From Nitrospinota bacterium (GTDB lineage: Bacteria > Nitrospinota_A > UBA7883 > JACRGQ01), in contig JACQBU010000122.1 in the NCBI GenBank assembly GCA_016194375.1, forward strand, positions 1 to 44,119: a stretch of DNA of 44,119 nt. The letters run 5' to 3'. Made by a program: the position numbers and the translations under genes. Positions within the stretch are counted from its first letter, which is position 1. The number at the start of each line of letters is the position of its first letter. Positions 8,891 through 17,035 of the stretch are shown in pieces. Below the pieces are notes generated by a model, which saw only the letters and a list, made by a program, of their open reading frames with translations, did not search any database and was not told the DNA's origin.

Positions 8891-10228
8891 ATGGCGCAAG
8901 ACCCCGGCCTGTTCGACTCCGGCGGGGACGAGCCCGGAAAAGAGCCCGACAAATCCTCCCGCCCGCTGGCCGACCGGATGCGCCCGCAAACCTTCGACCG
9001 GTTCATAGGCCAGACCCACGTCGTCGGCCCCGGCAAGCCGCTAAGACGGCTCGTCGAGGAGGACAGGTTCGGCTCGATGATAATCTGGGGGCCTCCCGGC
9101 ACGGGGAAAACCACCCTCGCCCGGCTGGCGGCGAACGTGAGCGGCAGGGTTTTCCTGCGCCTCAGCGCGGTCGAGACCGGCGTGAAGGAGCTTAAGGAAT
9201 CCGTGGCGCGGGCCAGGTACAACCAGCTCAACGGAAAGAAGACCGTCCTTTTCATAGACGAAATACACCGGTACAACAAGACCCAGCAGGACCAGCTCCT
9301 TCCGCACGTCGAGACCGGCCTGATAACGCTCGTCGGCGCCACGACCGAAAACCCGTCGTTCGGGGTCATTCCGGCCCTGAGGTCGCGTTGCACCATAGTG
9401 GAGTTGACGCCGCTCTCCTTCGACGAGGTATGCGCCATTGTGCGCCAGGCGCTCGACGACGCGGAGAACGGCCTCGGCGGAAAGGCCTCCGTCGAGTCCG
9501 CCGACGTCATAGACCAAATCGCGCTTTTCGCCGCCGGGGACGCCCGCATGGCGCTTAGCCTTCTCGAGGCGTGCCAGCTCGCCGCCGGGGAAGCCGCGAT
9601 AACCGCCGGCCTGGTCGAAAAAATATCCCAAAAGGCTAACCTGCTTTACGACAAGGCCGGACAGGCGCATTACGACCACGCGTCGGCGTTCCAAAAATCC
9701 CTGAGGGGTTCGGACCCGGACGCCGCAATCTATTGGATGTCCAGAATGCTCGAGGCCGGCGAGGACCCGCGCTTCATCGCAAGGAGGCTCATGGTGACTG
9801 CGGCCGAGGACGTCGGGAACGCCGATCCGACCGCCCTGATACTGGCGACGTCCGCCGCGGCGGCGGTGGAGAAGCTGGGCCTGCCGGAGGGAAGGATACC
9901 GCTGGCGCAGGCCGTCCTGTACGTCGCGTGCGCGCCGAAGTCAAACAGCTCCGTAGTCGCCGTTGACGCGGCTATCGAGTACATCCGGCGGTCGGGCGGC
10001 CCCCAGCAACCCCCGGCGCATCTAAGGGACGCCTCGTACCCCGACGCGAAAAAAATGGGGCACGGAAAAGGGTACGAATACCCGCACGACTTCCCCGACC
10101 ACTGGGTCGCCCAGAGCTATCTTCCCGATGGGATGGAGGACGTTAGGTTCTACGTTCCGTCAAAACACGGGCGGGAGGCGGTTTTCGAGCAGAAGCTGAA
10201 CGAGATAAAGGGGAAGAAGCCGCTGTAA
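8891..10228 (+). CDS. rarA: Replication-associated recombination protein A (MgsA/RarA AAA+ ATPase)
   Basis: Motifs RPQTFDRFIGQTHVVG, Walker A GPPGTGKTT, VLFIDEIHRYNK, and the C-terminal domain ...DPDAAIYWMSRMLEAGEDPRFIARRL. Confidence 0.9.
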   Translation: MAQDPGLFDSGGDEPGKEPDKSSRPLADRMRPQTFDRFIGQTHVVGPGKPLRRLVEEDRFGSMIIWGPPGTGKTTLARLAANVSGRVFLRLSAVETGVKELKESVARARYNQLNGKKTVLFIDEIHRYNKTQQDQLLPHVETGLITLVGATTENPSFGVIPALRSRCTIVELTPLSFDEVCAIVRQALDDAENGLGGKASVESADVIDQIALFAAGDARMALSLLEACQLAAGEAAITAGLVEKISQKANLLYDKAGQAHYDHASAFQKSLRGSDPDAAIYWMSRMLEAGEDPRFIARRLMVTAAEDVGNADPTALILATSAAAAVEKLGLPEGRIPLAQAVLYVACAPKSNSSVVAVDAAIEYIRRSGGPQQPPAHLRDASYPDAKKMGHGKGYEYPHDFPDHWVAQSYLPDGMEDVRFYVPSKHGREAVFEQKLNEIKGKKPL

Positions 10229-10319
10229 GTTTTAACCGCGGACGGGGAAAAATTGAAGACGGCGGCAATCATCGGAGTTCACGGCCGTCCTTCCGTCGTC
10301 GCGCCCTCTTCGTGCTGAG

Positions 10320-10973
10320 ATGGGCGTAGCAAAATTCCCGATAGACCGGGCCATAAAAATTTTGCGGCGCGAGGTTCCCAAATACAAGGTTCCAATCGTG
10401 GGGCATTATTCAAAGTCGCCGTTCAAGGTGCTTATATCCACCCTTTTGTCTCTAAGGACCAAGGACGCGACCACCGCCCTGGCGTGCGACCGGCTTTTCG
10501 CCGCGGCGGACACGCCGGAAAAGATTTTGTCGTTGCCGAGGGAGAAAATAGAGGAACTAATTTTCCCGGTGGGCTTTTACAGGGTGAAGGCCGCCACACT
10601 GCACCGCGTCTGCAAAGAGCTGATGGATAAACACGGGGGGGAGGTGCCGTCCGACCTCGACGAGCTGTTGAAGATGAAGGGGGTGGGCAGAAAGACGGCG
10701 AACCTCGTGGTCACGGTCGGCTTCAACAAACCCGGGATTTGCGTCGACGTCCACGTCCACAGGATTTCCAACCGCTGGGGTTACGTTAAAACCGCGTCGC
10801 CGGAAAAGACGGAAACGGCGTTAAGGCGCGTCCTCCCGCAAAGATACTGGATCGAGTACAACGACCTGCTGGTCACCTACGGCCAGAACGTCTGCGTTCC
10901 CGTCTCCCCCTTCTGCTCAAAATGTCCGCTGGAGGGCTTTTGCAAAAAAGTCGGGGTCAAAAGACATAGATAA
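10320..10973 (+). CDS. nth: Endonuclease III family DNA glycosylase/lyase
   Basis: HhH-GPD motif LLKMKGVGRKTANLVV...D, plus a C-terminal 4Fe-4S cluster loop CVPVSPFCSKCPLEGFC. Confidence 0.85.
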   Translation: MGVAKFPIDRAIKILRREVPKYKVPIVGHYSKSPFKVLISTLLSLRTKDATTALACDRLFAAADTPEKILSLPREKIEELIFPVGFYRVKAATLHRVCKELMDKHGGEVPSDLDELLKMKGVGRKTANLVVTVGFNKPGICVDVHVHRISNRWGYVKTASPEKTETALRRVLPQRYWIEYNDLLVTYGQNVCVPVSPFCSKCPLEGFCKKVGVKRHR

Positions 10974-11001
10974 GATAAGATACGAATAGATTAGGTTTAT
11001 T

Positions 11002-11316
11002 GTGACAAAAAAACAATATCTTATCCTGTTGGATGTAGACGCTAGAAAAAGGCACTGCCATTCAGCTGAATCGGGAAAGATATCGGCTTTTATGGTGCAA
11101 CTGGAAATTAAATTTGACGGAAAGTGGCATGAAGTTATCCGGTACGACTGCGCCCATAATTACACCCATAGGGATTGCATGAATATAAAACGGCAGACCA
11201 GAAAAGTACGGCTTTTCCTTAATTATAACGACGCGCTCGCCTTGGCAGATGATGACCTAAATGAGAATTGGGAGTATTATAGGGATAGGTTTTTGAAAGG
11301 AGAATTTCCATGCTGA
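11002..11316 (+). CDS. Hypothetical small protein (104 aa, His/Cys-rich, RYDCAHNYTHRD motif)
   Basis: GTG-initiated ORF in the AT-rich islet. It overlaps the next ORF by 7 nt (ATGCTGA). No family confidently recognised. Confidence 0.55.
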   Translation: MTKKQYLILLDVDARKRHCHSAESGKISAFMVQLEIKFDGKWHEVIRYDCAHNYTHRDCMNIKRQTRKVRLFLNYNDALALADDDLNENWEYYRDRFLKGEFPC

Positions 11317-11582
11317 TGAAAAATGCCCTCGTTGAAAAGAACAGCATGTTAGTGAGGGAGTTTGACCGCTATATTATCGAGTACCCGGACTTCGCGGAAA
11401 AAATTCCGGAAAACGCCCTTGTTGTGATGCAGATGGAAGGGGACGACCAATTCAACCAATGGGCAAAGGAAACATCCTTGAAAGCCGCAGACAAAGGCCA
11501 ACCGGTGGTTTTTATAACCATAACGGAATTAAAACCGGTGCGCTCTAGGATAGAGAAAATAAGACTCGAAAAAGTCGCCTAA
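11310..11582 (+). CDS. Hypothetical small protein (90 aa)
   Basis: Appears translationally coupled to the upstream ORF. The pattern ...FDRYIIEYPDFAEKIPENALVVMQMEGDDQFNQW...VVFITITELKP... faintly recalls a small DUF family (possibly DUF5647, from memory, unverified). Confidence 0.55.
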   Translation: MLMKNALVEKNSMLVREFDRYIIEYPDFAEKIPENALVVMQMEGDDQFNQWAKETSLKAADKGQPVVFITITELKPVRSRIEKIRLEKVA

Positions 11583-11671
11583 TCTGTTTTTCCCCAACGG
11601 ATATGAGGGTTATTTGAAATTATGAAAAATCAAAAAAATACCCCCATTAGGTTGAGCCATTTGTAAGCGTT

Positions 11672-12340
11672 ATGAAATTTGAACTTGAAGAATATCATCG
11701 CGGAGTTACAGACGAAGAACTTATAGCAGATTTGCGGAGGGTTGCTTCGGAGTTAAAAAAAACAAGTATTACCAATAGCGATTATGGTGAGAGAGGCAAG
11801 TATCACATAGCTACATACCTACGTAGATTTGGTAGTTGGTTCATTGCTTTGGAAAAAGCTGGTCTTGAAAAAAGTCGGAATTTTAATATTACGCAAGAAG
11901 AACTGTTCCAAAATTTGGAAGAAGTTTGGATTAAGCTAGGAAGGCAACCCCGCTATTCAGAAGTTAAAATCCCACTTTCAAAATATGGCGGTAAGACATA
12001 CGAGAATCGTTTTGGGACTTGGCGCAAAGCTCTAGAAAGCTTCGTCGCCTCAATCAATAACTTGGAAAGCATCGCGTCGGAGGCGGCTTTAGAAGCTGTC
12101 CGGGTTGAACCATCAACTCGGCATAAAACAAAACGCGATATAAATTGGCGGCTTCGTTTTATCGTGATGAGACGCGATAATTTCAAGTGTAAAAGTTGCG
12201 GTAGGTCGCCAGCGACCGATTCTAGCGTTATCCTTCATGTTGACCATGTAAAGGCATGGGCAAATGGTGGAGAAACAGTTATTGAAAATCTGCAAACACT
12301 TTGTTCTATTTGCAACATTGGCAAGAGTGATTTGCAATAA
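11672..12340 (+). CDS. HNH endonuclease with two N-terminal homing-endonuclease-associated repeats
   Basis: C-terminal HNH motif: CKSCGR...LHVDHVKAWANGGETVIENLQTLCSICNIGK. The N-terminus carries two roughly 50-aa repeats ending RRFGSWFIALEKAGL and NRFGTWRKALESF. Confidence 0.85.
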   Translation: MKFELEEYHRGVTDEELIADLRRVASELKKTSITNSDYGERGKYHIATYLRRFGSWFIALEKAGLEKSRNFNITQEELFQNLEEVWIKLGRQPRYSEVKIPLSKYGGKTYENRFGTWRKALESFVASINNLESIASEAALEAVRVEPSTRHKTKRDINWRLRFIVMRRDNFKCKSCGRSPATDSSVILHVDHVKAWANGGETVIENLQTLCSICNIGKSDLQ

Positions 12341-12490
12341 ATTGGCGTAAGGCTACAATATCGACTTATAAATGGGAACACCCTTAGGGGGTACTTTGCC
12401 GCAACAGCGGCAACCGCTTGGCCTTCCGTGACTATACTCCTTTAAAGGTGTGTCCGCCAAGAATCCAATAAGCGGTTTTATCGCCAAAGC

Positions 12491-12499
12491 TGGTAAAAT
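12491..12499 (+). promoter_or_regulatory. Extended -10-like element (TGgTAAAAT) immediately upstream of the holB ATG
   Basis: The hexamer TAAAAT (12494-12499) ends 6 nt before ATG 12506, and no Shine-Dalgarno sequence is visible. This is compatible with a leaderless transcript. Pattern match only. Confidence 0.25.
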
Positions 12500-12505
12500 G
12501 CGCCA

Positions 12506-13543
12506 ATGACAACGACGTTTGGCGACATAGCCGGGCAGGAGGCCGCCTGCTCCTCGCTTTTGAAAAACATCAGGCGCGACAAGGTCGCCTCCGCCTACCT
12601 GTTCAAGGGGCCGGACGGCACGGGGAAGACGCTTGCCGCCCGAATATTCGCAAAGGCGCTCTTGTGCTCCGGGGACAAGGAGGCGGGGCCGGTCCCGTGC
12701 GGCGCGTGCAGGTCGTGCGTCATGTTCGAGGCGGGCTCGCACCCCGATTTCTTCAGCGTCTCCAGGGAGGGGGCCGTCGAGTACGGCAAGTCGGGCGCGA
12801 CGATAATCGTGGAACAGATGCGCGACCTCATATCGTCGCTCTCCCTCAAGTCCTACATGGGCGGCAGGAAGGTGGCCGTCATCCACGGGGCCGAGACGAT
12901 GAAGGACTCGCCGGAGAACGCCTTTTTAAAGACGCTCGAGGAGCCGCCGCCGGACGTCGTGATAATCCTCGTCACGGACAGCCCCTCGGCGCTGTTGCCG
13001 ACCATCATATCAAGGTGCAGGCAGGTTCCCTTCACGCCGATGGAGCCGTCAAGGCTGGCGGACGTCCTGGAAAAGCGGTTGGGAGCGTCCGCCGAGGAGG
13101 CGTTTAGGGCGGCCATTTTGGCCGAAGGGTGCGTCGGAAGGGCGCTGGGAGGCGCGACGGAGGGGGTAAGGGAGGTTGACGACGAGGCGGCCGGACTCAT
13201 GGCCCGAATGGCGCAAATGCCGGCGGACGAGGTGATGGGGTTTGCGGAGAAGTGGAAAAAAAGGGAGCGCAAGGACCTGCCCATCCTCCTCGAAAGGATG
13301 GCGGAAATCCTGAGGATGAGCCAAAGTCGGAATTCCGCGATTCCATCTGATATAATGAAAAAGTTATTGGCCGGATTCGGCGGCGCGCCGGGCGACAGGG
13401 CCGAGGAGTGCTTCGACATGTTGATGGAGGCGATTTCAGCCTCAGCGCTCAACCCGAACGTCCAGCTTTTTTTGGAGGCCCTAATATTCGACATGCAGTC
13501 GGTTTTGCAAAGGGGACACAGGATTGGAACGAAACGTTATTGA
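12506..13543 (+). CDS. holB: DNA polymerase III subunit delta-prime
   Basis: Motifs AYLFKGPDGTGKT and the zinc-module-like CGACRSC, plus an SRC motif (IISRCRQVPF). Confidence 0.85.
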   Translation: MTTTFGDIAGQEAACSSLLKNIRRDKVASAYLFKGPDGTGKTLAARIFAKALLCSGDKEAGPVPCGACRSCVMFEAGSHPDFFSVSREGAVEYGKSGATIIVEQMRDLISSLSLKSYMGGRKVAVIHGAETMKDSPENAFLKTLEEPPPDVVIILVTDSPSALLPTIISRCRQVPFTPMEPSRLADVLEKRLGASAEEAFRAAILAEGCVGRALGGATEGVREVDDEAAGLMARMAQMPADEVMGFAEKWKKRERKDLPILLERMAEILRMSQSRNSAIPSDIMKKLLAGFGGAPGDRAEECFDMLMEAISASALNPNVQLFLEALIFDMQSVLQRGHRIGTKRY

Positions 13544-14483
13544 CAACGACTTTACCGTAACGGTTAACTTCAGGCACAACGCCAAGCTTTCGGAATTTAG
13601 GTGCAACCACCTTGACCTGAGGGTCGGGGACCACTGCGTGGTCGACGCCGAGCGCGGCGCCGCCATCGGACAGGTGGAGCGCGGGCGGATGAAAAGAAAG
13701 GGTTGTTGCAGGCAACCCCTGAGGAACATCATACGCAAGGCGACGCCGCTGGACTTGGAGATAGACGCCCGCAACTTCGAAAAGGAAAAGGCCATCTACG
13801 GGCTGGCCCGTCGAAAGGCGGACGAAATGAGGCTGAAGATAAAAATAAGCCAGGTCGAGATGGCCTTCGACGAAAAACGGGCCGTCATATACTTCACGTC
13901 CGAGGAGCGGGTGGACTTCCGGGAGCTCGTCAAGGCCGTCGCGTCCGAAAAGAACCTCAGGATAGAGATGAGGCAGGTCGGCATAAGGGACGAGGCCAAA
14001 ATGCTCGGCGGGTGCGGTGTGTGCGGGTACAAGCTGTGCTGTTCCGGCCACCTGACGGACTTCGCCCCGGTTTCCATCAGGATGGCGAAGGACCAGAACC
14101 TCTCGCTCAACCCCTCGAAGATACTGGGCGTCTGCGGGAGGCTCATGTGTTGCCTTAACTACGAGGAGGACTTCTACCGCGAGATGCAGAAAACCGTCCC
14201 GCGCGTCGGGAAGGCGGTCAACACGCCCGAAGGAAGGGGGCGGGTCGTCGTGGCGGACTTCCTCCGCTCCAAGGTTGCTGTGGCGCTTGAAAGCGACAAA
14301 GGGGTGATGAACTTCGAGGCCTCGCAGGTCTCGCTCGTCTATCCGCCCCAACAACAGGGGAAGGGTAGAAACCAACGGCAAAACCCAAGGGCCGCGTCGC
14401 CGACGGCGAACGCGCCCGAGCCGGAGGAAACGGACGACGACGACAAGCCGGATCCGCCCGAGGCCGAGCTTCTCCGCCCGTAA
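13524..14483 (+). CDS. PSP1 domain protein (YaaT/RicT family)
   Basis: The Cys-rich segment GGCGVCGYKLCCSGHL...GVCGRLMCCLNYEEDFY is typical of PSP1 C-terminal domain proteins. These are commonly found downstream of holB. TTG start overlaps the holB end. Confidence 0.8.
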   Translation: MERNVIDNDFTVTVNFRHNAKLSEFRCNHLDLRVGDHCVVDAERGAAIGQVERGRMKRKGCCRQPLRNIIRKATPLDLEIDARNFEKEKAIYGLARRKADEMRLKIKISQVEMAFDEKRAVIYFTSEERVDFRELVKAVASEKNLRIEMRQVGIRDEAKMLGGCGVCGYKLCCSGHLTDFAPVSIRMAKDQNLSLNPSKILGVCGRLMCCLNYEEDFYREMQKTVPRVGKAVNTPEGRGRVVVADFLRSKVAVALESDKGVMNFEASQVSLVYPPQQQGKGRNQRQNPRAASPTANAPEPEETDDDDKPDPPEAELLRP

Positions 14484-14501
14484 GGGGAGAAATCGCCGCC
14501 G

Positions 14502-16481
14502 ATGAACGCCGATAAACGGGGATTAACGGGCAAATTTTACGTCACCACGCCCATCTACTACGTCAACGACGTGCCGCATCTGGGGCACGCGTACACGACC
14601 GTCGCGGCGGACGTCCTGGCCCGTTATCACCGCGCCGGAGGCGACGACGTTTTTTTCCTCACCGGCACGGACGAGCACGGCCAAAAGGCGGAACAGGCCG
14701 CGAAAAAGGCGGGGCGCGACGTCCATGAATACGTCGCAGAGGAGGCGGAGGAGTTCCGCGCCCTTTGGAAAACGCTGAACGTCTCGAACGACGACTTCAT
14801 CCGCACCACCGAGGAGAGGCACAAAAAAGTCGTGCGGGCGGCCATGCGGACTCTGTTCGACAAGGGGGAGATATACGAGGGGAGTTACGAGGGATGGTAC
14901 TGCGTCCCCGACGAGCGTTTCTGGACGGAAAAAGACCTTAAGGACGGCAACTGCCCCGAGTGCGGCAGGAAGGTCGAGCACATAATGGAGAAGAACTACT
15001 TCTTCAGGATGGGAAATTATCGGGACAGGCTCATAGAAAAAATCATGAAGGGGGAGCTGGAGATCCACCCCGCGTCCAGGATGAACGAGGTTTTGGGCTT
15101 CCTCCGCAAGGAGCTCGGCGACCTTTGCATATCCCGCCCGAAATCGCGCCTTGCGTGGGGGATAGAGCTTCCGTTCGACGGCGAATACGTCACCTACGTC
15201 TGGTTCGACGCGCTGGTCAATTACATATCCGCGCTTGGTTATCCCGACGGCGACAAATACAAAAAGTTCTGGCCGGCGGACGTCCATCTAATCGGCAAGG
15301 ACATCTTGACGACTCATTGCGTCTATTGGACGACGATGCTGATGGCCCTTGACCTGCCCTTGCCGAAACAAATCTACGCCCACGGATGGTGGACGGTCGA
15401 GGGGCAGAAGATGTCCAAATCGCTCGGCAACACCGTCTCCCCCGAAAAGGCGGTAGAGGCTGTCGGCGTTGACCAGTTCAGATATTTCTTGATGAGGGAG
15501 GTTCCGTTCGGGCTGGACGGGGATTTCAACGCGAACGCCCTTATTAACAGGATAAACGTGGACCTCGCGAACAACCTTGGGAACCTCGTCTCCCGCGTCC
15601 TTACGATGGTCGAAAAATACAACGATTCCCTCGTCCCGCAACCCCGCGCCTATTCGGTAGTGGAAAAATTTTCAAAATATTGGGGAGTGGATTGGGGAAA
15701 ACCCCGACAGGGGATGGAAGGATTGGATCCTAATTTATCGTTCAAAGAGACCATAGATTATTTCAATGAGCATATGAAAAAGTTTAGATTTCATTTATCG
15801 TTGGAGAAGATCATAAATCTTTGCGATACCCTAAATGAAGTCATTCAGGTAAACAAACCGTGGGATTTGGCAAAAGACCCTTCCAAAAAGGAAGAACTAG
15901 ATAAGGTTCTTTACGTCGGGGTGGAAACAATCAGGCTTATTGGAAAGTCAATTTCCCCTTTTATGCCGGAATCCGCAGAAAAACTTAAGCGAATGCTCGG
16001 ATTGTCCGATTGGGGTGACTGGAATTGGGGTGGCTTAAAACTTGGAACAAAGATTATCGCGGGGGAGACGCTTTTCCCGCGCATTGACGAAAAGAAGGCG
16101 GAGGAGATAAAAGCGATGCTCGCGCCGAAAGAACCGGCGCAAAAAGCGGAGGGGCAGGCGCAGATAACATACGAGGATTTCATGAAGGCGGATTTGCGAA
16201 CCGGCGTGGTCGTCTCCGCCGAACCCGTCGAGAAATCCAAAAAACTGCTCAAACTTCAGGTTGACCTCGGCTCCGAGACGCGCCAGATAGTCGCCGGGAT
16301 AGCCGAGCACTACAAGCCGGAAGATTTGGCGGGCAAAACGGTGGTGGTTGTGGCAAACTTGAAGCCGGCGAAACTTATGGGGGTTGAGTCGCGCGGCATG
16401 TTGCTTGCCGCCAACGATGAGGGTAAACTTGTGCTTGCCGGCACATGGGAACCTGTTAAAGGGGGCTTGAAGGTAAAATGA
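14502..16481 (+). CDS. metG: Methionine--tRNA ligase with C-terminal tRNA-binding (EMAP/Trbp111-like) domain
   Basis: HIGH motif (PHLGHAYT), KMSKS motif (QKMSKSLGN), zinc knuckle CPDE...CPECG, and the C-terminal ITYEDFMKADLRTGVV...LKLQVDLG. Confidence 0.95.
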   Translation: MNADKRGLTGKFYVTTPIYYVNDVPHLGHAYTTVAADVLARYHRAGGDDVFFLTGTDEHGQKAEQAAKKAGRDVHEYVAEEAEEFRALWKTLNVSNDDFIRTTEERHKKVVRAAMRTLFDKGEIYEGSYEGWYCVPDERFWTEKDLKDGNCPECGRKVEHIMEKNYFFRMGNYRDRLIEKIMKGELEIHPASRMNEVLGFLRKELGDLCISRPKSRLAWGIELPFDGEYVTYVWFDALVNYISALGYPDGDKYKKFWPADVHLIGKDILTTHCVYWTTMLMALDLPLPKQIYAHGWWTVEGQKMSKSLGNTVSPEKAVEAVGVDQFRYFLMREVPFGLDGDFNANALINRINVDLANNLGNLVSRVLTMVEKYNDSLVPQPRAYSVVEKFSKYWGVDWGKPRQGMEGLDPNLSFKETIDYFNEHMKKFRFHLSLEKIINLCDTLNEVIQVNKPWDLAKDPSKKEELDKVLYVGVETIRLIGKSISPFMPESAEKLKRMLGLSDWGDWNWGGLKLGTKIIAGETLFPRIDEKKAEEIKAMLAPKEPAQKAEGQAQITYEDFMKADLRTGVVVSAEPVEKSKKLLKLQVDLGSETRQIVAGIAEHYKPEDLAGKTVVVVANLKPAKLMGVESRGMLLAANDEGKLVLAGTWEPVKGGLKVK

Positions 16482-17026
16482 AAAAACTACTCGTTGTCCT
16501 ATCGCTTTTTGTCTTTTCCGCAGGAGCTTGGGCGGAAGAGGTCATGGTCAACTCCAAGGACGCCAAAATCCGAAGCGGCCCGGGCACGTCCTACGCCATC
16601 CTGTGGAAACCCAACCTCTACACCCCGCTGGAGGTGCTGGCGAAACACCAGGACTGGTACGCCGTCAGGGACTTGGAAAAGGACGTGGGATGGGTGAATT
16701 CCGGTTCGGTTTCCAAGGGTCGCGGCGCAATCGTCTCCGAAAAGGTGATAGACGTGCACGAGTCGGGCGACGCGAATTCCCGCGTGGTTTACCAGGCGCC
16801 AAAAAACTACACCTTCAAAATAACCGAGGATAAGGAAGGCTGGGCCAAGGTGGTTGACGCGGACGGCGAAAGCGGATGGATACAAAAGAAGGGGGTTTGG
16901 ACCGGCGTCGGCGCGGTCGAGGAGAAGAAACAGGCGAAGGGCGCCAAGAAGGAAAAGAAGGACGGAAAGAAGCCCAAAAAATCCGCGAAAGAACAAAAGC
17001 ACGGCGAACAAAAGAAATCCGAATAG
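16478..17026 (+). CDS. Exported bacterial SH3-domain protein with Lys-rich C-terminal tail
   Basis: Signal peptide MKKLLVVLSLFVFSAGAWA. Two SH3b-like segments (IRSGPGTSYAILWK...DWYAVRD...GWV and GWAKVVDADGESGWIQK). The tail reads KKQAKGAKKEKKDGKKPKK. Confidence 0.7.
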   Translation: MKKLLVVLSLFVFSAGAWAEEVMVNSKDAKIRSGPGTSYAILWKPNLYTPLEVLAKHQDWYAVRDLEKDVGWVNSGSVSKGRGAIVSEKVIDVHESGDANSRVVYQAPKNYTFKITEDKEGWAKVVDADGESGWIQKKGVWTGVGAVEEKKQAKGAKKEKKDGKKPKKSAKEQKHGEQKKSE

Positions 17027-17035
17027 CCGCGTCTC

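Larger units (their letters stand above)
10974..12350. other. AT-rich compositional islet (three genes) between nth and holB
   Basis: Hand-counted 60-nt lines give about 38-43% G+C inside (11701-11820), against about 67% in holB (12721-12780). The change is abrupt, immediately after the nth stop. Confidence 0.6.

Noticed and set aside
13449-14381. 310-aa ORF on the - strand, together with similar long antisense ORFs at 2165-3121, 22908-23996, 27886-28623, 36856-37665 and 38673-39500
   Set aside because: Each overlaps a strongly supported gene on the other strand (PSP1, comEC, the PBP, hflX, the cytochrome b-like gene, hldE). All have the same low-complexity shadow-ORF character.
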